Shown here: positions 28,537-38,902 of the stretch, piece by piece
How positions within the stretch are numbered: the stretch's first letter is position 1
Layout: each line of letters opens with the position of its first letter
Assembly (NCBI GenBank): GCA_045863335.1
Contig: BTVY01000049.1
Coordinates: 12,243-56,577, forward strand
DNA: 44,335 nt
Direction of reading: 5' to 3'
Source of the DNA: Candidatus Hydrogenedentota bacterium
GTDB taxonomy: Bacteria > Hydrogenedentota > Hydrogenedentia > Hydrogenedentales > SLHB01
Notes under the pieces: model-generated
The model's database searches: none
The model's input: the letters and a program-made list of their open reading frames with translations, nothing else
Told to the model about the DNA's origin: nothing
Position numbers and translations under genes: made by a program

Positions 28537-30633
28537 TCAGCGCCGAACGAGGTTGGCGAGTGTCTCAAAATCGGCGTCGTTGTTCGCGGGGTCGAAATCG
28601 AGCGAATCTTCGTATGCGGTCAATTCCTTTCGGCGGGCCTCGATTCGTGCTCGCAAGCCGCTATCGAGCGTGGCCACGTAGATACCGGCCTTCGACAGCG
28701 AGTCCGCAATCGCGACGCCCCCTTCCGTTCGCTCGAATCGCACGTCCGCGGTCCCGTCCGCGTCGACGCGAAACACATCAATCGGGCCGCTTAAGTAGGT
28801 GGGCAGTTCAAACACGAACTTCGCCTCCCGCGGCGGTCCAAAAACGAAGGTCTTCGTTTCAGGATCGGGGGTGTAGGCGAGGTCGAGCCCAAAGAGCAAC
28901 GCGCCGTCCGGCGCGACGATGGACGCAAGGTCCCAATCCAGTTCGCCGTCAGTGGTGCGAACTTGCACATACCGGTACGCGTCTCCGCGGAGGTAGAAAT
29001 CCTCCAGCATCCGAATCTCGCGTCCGATCCGGGTGATTTCATCCAGCGTGTCGCGATACATGAGCTGACTCTTCAAGGAAAGGTTGAACCAGTAGAGCGA
29101 TGTAATACGGCTGCTCAGGGCATGATAAGCCTGCACGCGGAGTTCATCCGGCGTCGGCGAGGTCCGGGTACGGCCGTCCATTTCATACCAGCCTTCGTGC
29201 GGACCTTGCGACCAGACGGCCGTAGGTTTCGGCCGGCTCATCTCGCGCAGCACGCGGCACATTTCACCAATGCCCTCGAGCGGCGCAGCCCAGCCGATAC
29301 GTTCTCCTCCCCACCGATCGTATCGGGTCCAGACATCGGCCGCCGGGGCACAGACGCGGTACGCGTCGTAGTGGGGAAAGTCGGACAGGCCCGCATAATA
29401 GGGAAAAGTGCCTTCATCGCTCAGTGTGATCGTCGTGGGAATGTGCGAATCGAAGAGCTTGTGAAAGGTCTTGAAGACTTCCTGGGGCAGATGGCCGCCG
29501 TCCGCAAACGGCAACTGCGGTTCACCCAACAGTTCAAACCCATGCACATGGCGAGCCATCTCTACGGAATCGTATTTCTCGCGGCTCGGATTGCCGAACT
29601 GCTTAATTGGATATTGATCGTATAGCCCACCCGTTCCGATGTTGTCATGAAACCCATCGATCTCGCCGACGTGTGCCGTGTTGACGTACAGCCGCTTGAG
29701 CTGCTTCAAATACGGTTCATGGAGAAACAGGTGCTTGCCGTCCGCCGCCGTGCCGCCGCACCAGCCACCGGAGATATCGAATACCTCGCTCTTGACGCGG
29801 AGATGCGTCCAAAGGTAATCCTCCGCGCCGTCTTCATCCTCGTAGCGCACCTGCAACGCCGTGTAGGTGAGGGGCAACGGCTCCGTCGGTACGACGATAA
29901 TGCCTTTATCCTGCGGGGGAACTACACCGTCTTTCGGCCAAGTCTGCCCCGGTCCGTGCCAGTCGCCCGCAAACAACGCGCGGTAGGGAGCGTCGGATCG
30001 GGGCAACCAGAACCGGACACCCGTGATTCGCATGGGGGCCGCAGCGCGGTTTTCAACGTGAATGACCGTCTCATGAGGCGTCGGCTCGCTCCCGAGAAAC
30101 GTCACGGCAGAAATCCAGCGGGACGGCGCTTCGACAGTCGCGGCCATGGGATACATTTCGCCGCGCGTCCAGTCTTCTGCGGTTACCGTAAGGTCGCCCT
30201 CGTCGTTCCACGTCGGCCTGACAGCATCGACGGTCCAGACCGAGAGGGCCTCGGGGGGCAATCTACGCTCCATGTCCTTCCAGATATCCGGCGTATCGTG
30301 CCACGCCCAATCTCCCCTGAGAATGTAATTCAGGGGATAAACTCCGTTGAACCTGGCCTCGTCAAAACCCGCCCATGCAGAAGCGTTCGTAGACGTGTTG
30401 CGCACGAACAGTTGAATCAGCGCGCCCAATGGTTCGCCGGGCGGCGGGTAGTAATGCAGACCCTCGGCGCGAACCAGCGGCGTCACGGTGACGCCTTCCA
30501 GCGCGATTCGTGGCACCGCGGAACCACTCTCCTCGGCGGCGCGCAACGCCGCGTTGGCGCCTTCGTCCGATTCGGCAGTCTGTCCAAACACAGCGCTCAT
30601 AAGGGCCACGAGGCCGACAACGACAACTCTCAT
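28537..30633 (-). CDS. Secreted hypothetical protein, possible uncharacterised glycoside hydrolase
   Basis: ATG after GAGGAG; signal peptide; GEP, D..HYDAY and TPDELRVQAYHAL...LYWF patterns. Confidence 0.72.
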   Translation of the reverse strand: MRVVVVGLVALMSAVFGQTAESDEGANAALRAAEESGSAVPRIALEGVTVTPLVRAEGLHYYPPPGEPLGALIQLFVRNTSTNASAWAGFDEARFNGVYPLNYILRGDWAWHDTPDIWKDMERRLPPEALSVWTVDAVRPTWNDEGDLTVTAEDWTRGEMYPMAATVEAPSRWISAVTFLGSEPTPHETVIHVENRAAAPMRITGVRFWLPRSDAPYRALFAGDWHGPGQTWPKDGVVPPQDKGIIVVPTEPLPLTYTALQVRYEDEDGAEDYLWTHLRVKSEVFDISGGWCGGTAADGKHLFLHEPYLKQLKRLYVNTAHVGEIDGFHDNIGTGGLYDQYPIKQFGNPSREKYDSVEMARHVHGFELLGEPQLPFADGGHLPQEVFKTFHKLFDSHIPTTITLSDEGTFPYYAGLSDFPHYDAYRVCAPAADVWTRYDRWGGERIGWAAPLEGIGEMCRVLREMSRPKPTAVWSQGPHEGWYEMDGRTRTSPTPDELRVQAYHALSSRITSLYWFNLSLKSQLMYRDTLDEITRIGREIRMLEDFYLRGDAYRYVQVRTTDGELDWDLASIVAPDGALLFGLDLAYTPDPETKTFVFGPPREAKFVFELPTYLSGPIDVFRVDADGTADVRFERTEGGVAIADSLSKAGIYVATLDSGLRARIEARRKELTAYEDSLDFDPANNDADFETLANLVRR

Positions 30634-30703
30634 CCTTGCACTCCTCGAACTACATTCTGCCAACAACGGCGGGCAATGATCGCTGCATGGGCTAAAGCGA
30701 AAT

Positions 30704-32191
30704 CTAATCTTGAGCCGCCCGAACCGGCTGGCTCAAGCATTCGCGCAGCACATCGGCGTAGGGTTCAACGATACGGAAATCCTCCAGCCGATACCGGCCC
30801 ACCGTTTCCAGGAGGGAATCGAGGGAATCGCGATACATGTTGGGCGTGCGCGGCCAGGGTTTCGCATACTGATACAAACCCCAGATGGTTCCCTCGTTGG
30901 TGTCATCAACATACTTCCACGTCCACGGGGACCAATGCCAGCCCAATTCGTTGAACATGGTGAGAAAGACGCGCATGCCCTCGATGTCGTTGGGATGGTC
31001 GCCCATGGTGCTGAACTCGCCGAGGTATATGGGGACGCCGCACCGGCGTTGTTCCATCAACCCAATGCGCTTTACCTCCTCGGCGCGCTTGGGATGGTCG
31101 GCGAGCCCTTTTTCGTCCGTAAACAGCGGGTCCGCGCCGGAATAGAAGTGGAACGAGTACACCACGTTGGACCAGCCCAGTTCCTTGGGGTCGGGGAAGA
31201 AGCCCGTGTTGGTCCATTCCGGGAACTCCAGTTTGTAGCCGTCCTCCATGATGATGATCGTGTCGGGATCGACTTCGCGTATCGCGTCGTAGATACGATC
31301 GTGCGCGGCCGTCCAGTCATCGACGCCTTTTGCGCTGAAGGGCTCGTTCAATGCGTCGTACGCCCATACCGTGGGATTCCCGGCATAGCGTTCGGCAATG
31401 GCTTTCCAGAGCGCGGCCGTCCGTTCCTGAAACTCCTGGTTCGCGAAGAACTCGCCACGGCTCAGTTCACCCGTGTGGTCCCATGGGCTCTGTCCGCCCA
31501 CCGCGCCATGGAAGTCCAGCATCACGTAGAGATCGTGTTTCGCGGCCCACTCCACGGCTTTGTCCAGATAACGGAAACCGTAGTCGTGATACTGATACGG
31601 CGCATCGTCGCTTTCAAACCACCGGTACCAGAACGGCACTCGAATGAAGTTGAACCCGACCGCCTTCGCCAGTTGGAAGTCGGCCTCGGTAATCCAGGCG
31701 TCATGATAGGCGTTCCAGAGCCGCCCAGCACCAAAATCGCCAAAACGCTCGCGTAACAGTTCGTCCATTTCATGTGCCGCAAAGACGGAGGGTTCTCGTT
31801 CAAACGCGGCAATATAGTCTGTGAACCCCTCCGCAGGCGCCCGCTTCTTCAAATCCGCATGAAGCCGCTCGATGTACTCGTGCACGTTCTCTTCGTCATC
31901 GTTGAATTCGCCCACTGCTTCCAGCGAATCGTGTAGTTCCGTCGCGATACCGGCCTCCTCCGCAAGCCGCGGCAAGTGGTCGTGCCACTCCATCTCGATG
32001 CTGGGGATCCACGTCTCCATCATGAGCCAGCCGCCAAAGTTGATGCCACGCATGGACACAACCGTGCGCGTGTCGTCCACGATGTTCACATCGCGGACAG
32101 ACAGGGTGGGTACGGACAACGTTGATTGAGCGCCGGCACACACACCACCGACGAACACCACGGCCAAGATACACACAAGATTCGACTTCAT
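30704..32191 (-). CDS. Glycoside hydrolase family 5
   Basis: GINFGGWLMME, FIRVPF, MLDFHG, LNEP (acid/base), SFHFY, YLGEF (nucleophile); signal peptide from MKSNLV. Confidence 0.9.
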   Translation of the reverse strand: MKSNLVCILAVVFVGGVCAGAQSTLSVPTLSVRDVNIVDDTRTVVSMRGINFGGWLMMETWIPSIEMEWHDHLPRLAEEAGIATELHDSLEAVGEFNDDEENVHEYIERLHADLKKRAPAEGFTDYIAAFEREPSVFAAHEMDELLRERFGDFGAGRLWNAYHDAWITEADFQLAKAVGFNFIRVPFWYRWFESDDAPYQYHDYGFRYLDKAVEWAAKHDLYVMLDFHGAVGGQSPWDHTGELSRGEFFANQEFQERTAALWKAIAERYAGNPTVWAYDALNEPFSAKGVDDWTAAHDRIYDAIREVDPDTIIIMEDGYKLEFPEWTNTGFFPDPKELGWSNVVYSFHFYSGADPLFTDEKGLADHPKRAEEVKRIGLMEQRRCGVPIYLGEFSTMGDHPNDIEGMRVFLTMFNELGWHWSPWTWKYVDDTNEGTIWGLYQYAKPWPRTPNMYRDSLDSLLETVGRYRLEDFRIVEPYADVLRECLSQPVRAAQD

Positions 32192-32420
32192 GCTTCTACT
32201 CCCAGGTTCGCTCCAGGGTATCGAGTCCCATTCCGCACGCCCTGCGGTGTCAATATACTGCCTCACGTGGTTCGAAAGCGCGGCCTTCGCAGTCCATTTA
32301 CATACTGTGGACAACGGGAACGCGCAACGCGAGGAGAAATCCGAGGATTCCGGGGAATCGACACGCGGGCACACCAACAGCGAGAAGTTGTAAATCACCC
32401 CACCAATTGCAGGAAGACCG

Positions 32421-32753
32421 CTAGTTTTCCTGAGAAATGCACTCTTCACAAAGCGTATACCCTTGCGCTTCCGCCTGGCTCTTGGTCATGGCGTCCACGC
32501 CGGGACGGCCTCGGGATAGCCATTTACAGCCCTGCGTATGGTAAGTGCTCTGCCCGCTCTTCACAAAGACAGCCGGGTCATCCGGCGTACCCACCCCCTG
32601 CGCTGCCTCTTCAAGTTCAGACGGCAAGTCGCTTACCGGAACCGCGGAGTCATCGGATCCACCGAAGCCACACCCGGGCAACAGACATGCGGTAAGAAGC
32701 AACATTGCAGCTATCGTGACGGCGAACCGTAGAGAATCAGTATGGAGTTTCAT
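32421..32753 (-). CDS. Small lipoprotein with Ada-like metal-binding C-terminal domain
   Basis: Signal peptide with LPGC lipobox; YHTQGCKWL...AEAQGYTLCEEC (H, C, CxxC). Confidence 0.7.
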   Translation of the reverse strand: MKLHTDSLRFAVTIAAMLLLTACLLPGCGFGGSDDSAVPVSDLPSELEEAAQGVGTPDDPAVFVKSGQSTYHTQGCKWLSRGRPGVDAMTKSQAEAQGYTLCEECISQEN

Positions 32754-32818
32754 CCGTTGTAACGTCCTTGATGATTGGTACATTTTTTCGAATCGATTCT
32801 GTCCCTCACTCGAGTCAC

Positions 32819-32854
32819 ACAACCATGGAGGAGCCGGGGCTCCTCCATGGTTGT
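32819..32854 (-). terminator. Perfect 16-bp hairpin downstream of the DUF1559 gene
   Basis: ACAACCATGGAGGAGC-CGGG-GCTCCTCCATGGTTGT; no strong U tract. Confidence 0.6.
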
Positions 32855-32883
32855 TGACAAAATCGATTCAACTACGCGAATCG

Positions 32884-33891
32884 TTAGTCATTTCCAACGT
32901 TCATGTTCACGATGGATACAAACGTCTTGGACAACACGAATTGATTACTCAATTCGTCGGCCGGATACCGGGCAAACTGCACGTGCCCATCCAAGTAAAG
33001 GATATTGGCGCCACCGGGAACGTGATTGAAGCTCGCAGCCCCGATCTCTCCCGTATCCTTTGAAGAGATCCGGTCCCACATCACGACAACGTCACTCTGT
33101 GCCTTGGAGCTGCCTGCCGGGTTGTTGATGTCGGTAATCATGTACCGCTCCACCCCCTCGCGCAGGTGCAGAGCGCTTTGCTCGCCTACCACGGGAAAAT
33201 CGAGTTCGACGTCCTGCCGGTACCAATCGACTATCCGGGTCTCATCATTCGGGCCGTCGTCGTCCATAACGTCATGGAAGTACTCGGCGTCCGCCGGGTC
33301 CACTACCCATTCCGGCCGAATCAACTTGGCAAGATACATGTACGAAGGATAGTTATTCACGAAGAACTTTCCGTTCGTGCACGGACTCGCCGGATCGTTC
33401 CAGTCCAACGTGGTGTAACCGCCCTGATTGGGACCGGCCGCGTTGTCGGCGGTCAAGAACCAGCTATTCTCTTCATGACAGGCCTCGTATTCCGGCGTAC
33501 CCGGAACGGGATAGGGATTCATCCAGCCCCCCCATCCCGTGCGGAGTCCGGCGCTCGGGCACACAATGATCTTGAGATCCGTCAGGTACTCCGGATAAAG
33601 GTCTACGCCACGGGGCCCTTGACCCATGGGCCAAAGGGTGAAGTCCGGCACATTCTGCTCGATGATTTCGTAGCTCGTCGCCCAGAAGTCGTAATCCGGG
33701 TAAATCTCGCCTTTCGTTTCGTTGGCGAACATTTTCAGGACGAGACCATATTGTTTCAAGTTGTTCTGGCACGAAGCGCGACGGGCTGCTTCCCGAGCCC
33801 GCGCCAACGCGGGCAGCAGGATTGCCGCCAGGATACCTATGATTGCGATTACGACCAACAGTTCGATGAGTGTAAAACCCTTCTTCCTCAT
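32884..33891 (-). CDS. Prepilin-type N-terminal cleavage/methylation protein, DUF1559 with H-X9-DG motif
   Basis: [45 protein letters not shown]; C-terminal [15 protein letters not shown]; AAGGAG RBS. Confidence 0.92.
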   Translation of the reverse strand: MRKKGFTLIELLVVIAIIGILAAILLPALARAREAARRASCQNNLKQYGLVLKMFANETKGEIYPDYDFWATSYEIIEQNVPDFTLWPMGQGPRGVDLYPEYLTDLKIIVCPSAGLRTGWGGWMNPYPVPGTPEYEACHEENSWFLTADNAAGPNQGGYTTLDWNDPASPCTNGKFFVNNYPSYMYLAKLIRPEWVVDPADAEYFHDVMDDDGPNDETRIVDWYRQDVELDFPVVGEQSALHLREGVERYMITDINNPAGSSKAQSDVVVMWDRISSKDTGEIGAASFNHVPGGANILYLDGHVQFARYPADELSNQFVLSKTFVSIVNMNVGND

Positions 33892-34301
33892 ATTGCTCTC
33901 CTTGCATGCGACTCAGCGCATGCTCTGTTATTAATCCCACACACAAGTCCTGAGAAACTGCGATGGAACGGGTGAAATTCCGCGATGTCGACCTATCACC
34001 GTGATAATCACCGCCTTGCGCAGCACAGGCCCAACCCCACCCCGTCAGGGGTGCTGGGCTGTCTGCCATTCTGTAGCATGAGGCCGGAATCAGCAATTGT
34101 TGAAACTAGCGAAAAACTTTGCGAAACTATCAACAAAATCGCAGTCAGCAGGTCAATCACACGACGCACGGCAAGAGTCAAATTACTTATAATAATACAC
34201 TTATGCCAGAAATCAACCCGTCATATCGGCCACCCAAAGAGATCGGCAATAATGATAGAATGCCTTTGAAATCCGAACCAGAACCGCGCGAGGGAGAAGG
34301 C

Positions 34302-35181
34302 GTGAGAAGTCGCACCGACAGCCGATTGGGCAGCGTTGAGACCGGAATTGTCTGGTCGAATCGATGCCAGGAGCATTTTACGCCCTGGCGTATCGCGACG
34401 GAAGGGCTGAACCGGTGCGATACTAATTGCAGAAGCCGGGGTTAGTGACCTCTATCCGGGATATCAGCTGGGACGGGAGAATCCGCGATTTCACCTCCTG
34501 GTCTATACGTCGGAAGGTACCGGGGACTTTTTCACGCCTACCTACCAAGCTCCCGTAGGAGCCGGGTACGTGCTGATTGTCCCGGCGGGGCGGCCTTTCG
34601 GCTATCGCCCTTCCAAAGGGCGTTGGCGGTTTACGTGGATACACCTTCCGGATGAGAAACGCTGGGCCCGGCTCCGCGAGCTGGATCCACAGATTCGGCG
34701 GACGAGCTATTGGAAGCCCATTAATACCGCGATGCAAGAGTTTCTTCGGGAGTACCGGAGCCGGCGACAGGACTCGAACGAGGCCGCAGGTCTTTACGCG
34801 CAAATCCTGGCACTTCATGTCGACCGGGATCTCGGAATGACGGATCAGCGGCTGGCCGCGAACATTCGCGTGCAGTTGGACGATCTGTGGCAGGCGGTAT
34901 CAGCCGATTTGCGGCGCTCCTGGACGGTGGAGACCATGGCGGAAGAACTGCACATGAGCGCGCCATCCTTGCACCGCGTATGCAAGAAGTTTACAAACAG
35001 TTCTCCCATGAAAGTCGTCCAACGGCTGCGCATGGAACGCGCCCAGGAGCTGCTCATCCTCCACGACTACCCCATCGCCAAGATTGCGGAAATGGTTGGG
35101 TATCAAAACGAGTTCGCCTTCGCCACCGCGTTCAAACACTTTTCCGGCGATCCACCCGCCCGATTTCGCAAACGCCGCTAG
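34302..35181 (+). pseudogene. AraC-family regulator with an apparent +1 frameshift near 34411-34430
   Basis: C-terminal double HTH (WTVETMA...IAEMVGYQNEFAFATAFK...PARFR); cupin-like sequence continues in frame upstream of 34570 to a TGA at 34408; RBS GGAGAAGG + GTG at 34302 is in a different frame. Confidence 0.6.
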
Positions 35182-35305
35182 CAACATGCCATGGCAGCAG
35201 ATAATCAGATCGAGTTCGCTGCACGGTTGACGATTTGCTCAAAGCCCGCGGTTCCTGCCATACTGCGCGCCTGCAAGGTCAATTAACTTAGGGAGATATC
35301 CTGGT

Positions 35306-36460
35306 ATGCGCTCGTTTGGCAAGCGGTCGTCTTTTGCGATAGCGGTTCTAATCCTGGCGGGAGCGATACCTGCCTCCGCGCATCCGGGTCATTCGGATAG
35401 CGCTCATCACCACGACGCCGTTCAGGTTGCGCGCTCGAACGCGCACAACGCCATTTCCATTGCGGGGACGCTTGGCGCGGCGGACGCGGCAACCAGCGGT
35501 CAGGGCGAATTGAAATTCCGCGTGCTCTACACGAGCACCCATCTGCCGGAACCGGCGGTGAGTGTGTTGGTCAACGCCCACGGCGGCTTTGCGGTAGACC
35601 GGCGTGATGGATTCGGCGATACCTATTTCGCGCTGCCCGGCGCCGGCATCATCAAGATGAGCGCGGATCTGGAGAAGACCGAACTGCTGGACACGGCGCC
35701 TGAAGTGCGAGACACGAATATGCACAACACTACCATTTGGTACGACGACGCGGGTGAAGCGTTTCTGGCGTTTCCGGCAAACGACGCGGGGAAAGTATTC
35801 ACAACCACGCTGGACGGCAAGCTCGTCAACACGCTGGATTCCCCCACGGACTTCACGTTCGATGAACCGGTCGTTGACGGCTACTTTGCGGAAGGCGGCA
35901 AGTTCGTACCGACGGACGTGGAGAAGCTGGGCACGTTGTATTACGTGACGACCGGCTATTCACCGCTGGATTACGTGTTGACGGCGAAGGTTTCCTCGAC
36001 CAATCCGTTTGAAGCGGGCTGGCACGATCTCGTCTTTGGCGGCAAGGGTGAGGCCCCCGGCCAGTTTGGCACCGGCCACGGCATCACGGTATCTCCGGAC
36101 ACCAAGCGCCTCGTAATCGCCGACCGGCCCAACGCGGAACTGGAGCGCTTCACCCGCTATGGCCAGTACCGGGACACGGTAAAGGTGCCGGAGGGCGCGT
36201 TCCCCTGCGACGTGGACTTCGTGGGCCCTTACATGGTAGTCGGATGCCTTCACGGGCCCGACCGCGAAAAAGGCGCGCCCGTGTATATTCTGGAGAACGA
36301 TGAAGTCGTATCGACCATCATGCCCAAGGAAGAGCTTGGCCTCGAGAATTTCCAGCACATCCATAACGCCACGGGCGTCATGCTCGACGGTAAGCTCTAC
36401 GTGATCGCGCAGGCCTGGAACCCCGGTGACTTCGCGGTGCTCGAGCAGGTGAAGGACTGA
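35306..36460 (+). CDS. Secreted NHL-repeat-like beta-propeller with His-rich N-terminus
   Basis: Signal peptide ASA-HPGHSDSAHHHD; FGGKG..PGQFGTGHGITV...IADRPN NHL pattern. Confidence 0.78.
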   Translation: MRSFGKRSSFAIAVLILAGAIPASAHPGHSDSAHHHDAVQVARSNAHNAISIAGTLGAADAATSGQGELKFRVLYTSTHLPEPAVSVLVNAHGGFAVDRRDGFGDTYFALPGAGIIKMSADLEKTELLDTAPEVRDTNMHNTTIWYDDAGEAFLAFPANDAGKVFTTTLDGKLVNTLDSPTDFTFDEPVVDGYFAEGGKFVPTDVEKLGTLYYVTTGYSPLDYVLTAKVSSTNPFEAGWHDLVFGGKGEAPGQFGTGHGITVSPDTKRLVIADRPNAELERFTRYGQYRDTVKVPEGAFPCDVDFVGPYMVVGCLHGPDREKGAPVYILENDEVVSTIMPKEELGLENFQHIHNATGVMLDGKLYVIAQAWNPGDFAVLEQVKD

Positions 36461-38071
36461 CTACGCCGGGACCATCGCGCGGAGGATCAGGGTAAACGAG
36501 ACGATGCCCTCTTGGGTGTCGTCCAGAACCAAGTCGCCCTGGTGCGCGCGGGCGATTTCACGGGCTAGACTCAACCCCAGCCCGACGCCCTCGATCTTCC
36601 GATTGCGTGACGGGTCGGCGCGGTAGAAGCGGTCGAAGATGCGCCCCCGCTCGGACGGCGGGATGCTTTTCCCCGTGTTGGCGATGGTGAGGTGCACCAC
36701 CTGCCCGTTGGGCCGCAACCGGAACAGAATCTTGCCATTCCGCTGGTTGTATTTCACGGCATTGCCCGTGAGATTCTGGACAACTTGGCGGAGCAAATCC
36801 CGGTCGGCCTGGACCCATACCCCTGGTGCAATGTCCCGCTCCACCGTCAGCGCCGGAGCCAGGATTTGCGTATCTTCGTAAACCGAATCGAGCGCGGCGC
36901 TGAGGTCGAGCGGTTCCAACGTGAGTTTGAGCTGGCCAGAATCGGCGAGGGAAAGCAGCAGCAGCTTGCGAATGATGCTTTTCAAGCGCTGGACTTCTTC
37001 CAAGAGTTTATTGAGGGTTTGTTGTTCCGGCGAACCATCCAGCGCGGTTTGAAGCGCTTGTTCTAGTTCGCCTTGCAGTATGGTCAGCGGCGTCTTGAGT
37101 TCGTGGGCCGCGTCCGCACTGAAACGTACGGCCTGATTGAAACTCTTCTCCAGCCGATCCAACATCTCATTGAAGACACCAATGAGACGGACGAACTCTG
37201 CGTCCTCGACTGAGGGCGGAATGCGCTGGCCCAGTCCGCGAGCGGTGATGCCTTCGGCGGTGCGGGTCAACGTTGCCACGGGACGCAGCGCTCGCTGCGC
37301 CAGGATCCACCCGCCTATCGCGATAAGAAGAAGCGCGGTTGGAAGCGCCATCAAGAAAGCGGTGCGTACGCGCGCCATTTCTCCGGCATGCCGCTGCAAG
37401 TCGATGCCGAGGACCATGGTGACTTCCGGGTTGCTCATGATTCCGACGCGCCAGGTCTTACCGCCGGCCTGCTGGCTTTCGATCCGGATCGGACCCACGA
37501 GAAGCGGCAACGGCGGGGGTGCACCCTCGCCCCGGCGAAAGCGCCCCCCCCTTCCACCCGGAACGCCGGGGCCGTCCTCATCTGGAGCTTGCAGCGGGCG
37601 ATCGGTTGCCCCGGGCGGCGGCCCCGGTCCGCGTCCCGGCGGATGGGGGCCCATACGGGGATCCGGAGGTATCCCAACGGGCGCAATGCTTTCGGGATGC
37701 GGTGGCCGGTTTGGCGGTGGACCTCCGGTTGGGACGGGGTACCCGGAAGTAGGGAGGTCTTGTGGCCAATGCGGCGAGACGAAGAGCGTTTCGTCGCGCC
37801 GGTTCTTCACAAGCAAGATGAAGGGCTCCGAGTCCTGTTCCGCACCGAAGCGGATGGTTCCCAAGGAATCTCCCACGATGCCCCAGTGCTCCGGGGGACG
37901 ATGCATGGAGAGGTGGAGTTGTCCGATCCCGCGAATCTGATCGTCGATGCGCTCGAGACTCATTCGCCGAACCAACGACCAGCTCCACGTGCCGAAAGCC
38001 AGCAGCACAATCCCGGAGAGGAGAACGGATAAGAGCGTTATGCGAAGGCGAAATGATCGAATGGACATCAT
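36461..38071 (-). CDS. Sensor histidine kinase (heavy-metal CusS-like), HAMP-HisKA-HATPase
   Basis: Two TM helices, HAMP, FSADAAHELKTPL H-box, NAVKY, FDRFYRAD, GVGLGL. Confidence 0.9.
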   Translation of the reverse strand: MMSIRSFRLRITLLSVLLSGIVLLAFGTWSWSLVRRMSLERIDDQIRGIGQLHLSMHRPPEHWGIVGDSLGTIRFGAEQDSEPFILLVKNRRDETLFVSPHWPQDLPTSGYPVPTGGPPPNRPPHPESIAPVGIPPDPRMGPHPPGRGPGPPPGATDRPLQAPDEDGPGVPGGRGGRFRRGEGAPPPLPLLVGPIRIESQQAGGKTWRVGIMSNPEVTMVLGIDLQRHAGEMARVRTAFLMALPTALLLIAIGGWILAQRALRPVATLTRTAEGITARGLGQRIPPSVEDAEFVRLIGVFNEMLDRLEKSFNQAVRFSADAAHELKTPLTILQGELEQALQTALDGSPEQQTLNKLLEEVQRLKSIIRKLLLLSLADSGQLKLTLEPLDLSAALDSVYEDTQILAPALTVERDIAPGVWVQADRDLLRQVVQNLTGNAVKYNQRNGKILFRLRPNGQVVHLTIANTGKSIPPSERGRIFDRFYRADPSRNRKIEGVGLGLSLAREIARAHQGDLVLDDTQEGIVSFTLILRAMVPA

Positions 38072-38075
38072 GAGA

Positions 38076-38750
38076 CTAGTCCGCCCGCTTGATGCGATAC
38101 CCGACACCGCGCACGGTTTCGATGAGCGGGGCGTCGCCGGCAGCGTCCAACTTTTTCCGAAGGCGTTGAATATGAACGTCGATGAGGTTGGTATTGGGAT
38201 CGAAATCGTAACCCCATACATGCTCCAGAATCTGGGTGCGCGTATAAACGCGCCCGGGAGAACGAAGGAGATACTCCAGTAAGCTGAATTCGCGAGCAGT
38301 AAGGGTGATGGTCCGCGCCCCGCGTTTCACTTCCCGGGTGATGACATTGACGGTCAGGTCATCGATTTGCAGGATGCTGAGTTGCTCGCCTGACGCGCGG
38401 CGCGCAACCGCATGGATTCGGGCGATCAGTTCTTCCACAAAGAACGGTTTGGTGAGGTAGTCGTCGGCCCCCAGGTTTAGCCCTTCGATTCGTTCGTCCA
38501 GTTCGCTACGAGCGGTTAACACGATGACGGGGACGGTGTTCTTCTGCTTCCGGAGGTTTCTCAGGATACTTAGTCCGTCACGTCCCGGAAGCATGATATC
38601 GAGGATCACCACGTCGTAGGACTGGGTCGTGGCCAGGGTGTAGCCGTCGTTGCCATTGTCGCACACGTCGACGGTAAACCCCTGCTCTTCGAGCCCTTTC
38701 CTGACAAACCCCGCGATCTGCTTTTCGTCTTCTACTACCAATACCTTCAT
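38076..38750 (-). CDS. OmpR/CusR-family response regulator
   Basis: VEDE, ILDIMLPG, GADDYLTKPF, winged helix DVHIQRLRKKL...TVRGVGY. Confidence 0.93.
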   Translation of the reverse strand: MKVLVVEDEKQIAGFVRKGLEEQGFTVDVCDNGNDGYTLATTQSYDVVILDIMLPGRDGLSILRNLRKQKNTVPVIVLTARSELDERIEGLNLGADDYLTKPFFVEELIARIHAVARRASGEQLSILQIDDLTVNVITREVKRGARTITLTAREFSLLEYLLRSPGRVYTRTQILEHVWGYDFDPNTNLIDVHIQRLRKKLDAAGDAPLIETVRGVGYRIKRAD

Positions 38751-38796
38751 ACCCGGAAGTATACCCCCGACAGGCGGATTTGTCCGAGTGCAGCGG

Positions 38797-38812
38797 ATTA
38801 CAGTTTCGTCAT
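38797..38812. promoter_or_regulatory. Cop/Cus-box-like response-regulator binding site
   Basis: ATTACA-GTTT-CGTCAT imperfect palindrome between the divergent regulator and EF-hand genes. Confidence 0.55.
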
Positions 38813-38902
38813 GAAAGCCTCCGGGATTCCGTTATGAACGCCGGGCACAATTCCGACAGAACGAACGAAGAACCCCGAAATGGGATTCAGGAGGGTAGCA
38901 CC

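Noticed and set aside
29647-31756. 435-aa and 348-aa plus-strand ORFs
   Set aside because: Antisense to well-supported minus-strand genes; no recognisable domains
34408-34410. Selenocysteine or readthrough TGA in AraC
   Set aside because: The in-frame sequence upstream of the TGA is not protein-like; a frameshift explains the data better
21644-36460. Genomic island integrated at tRNA-Asp
   Set aside because: No integrase, no duplicated tRNA 3' end seen and no obvious compositional shift
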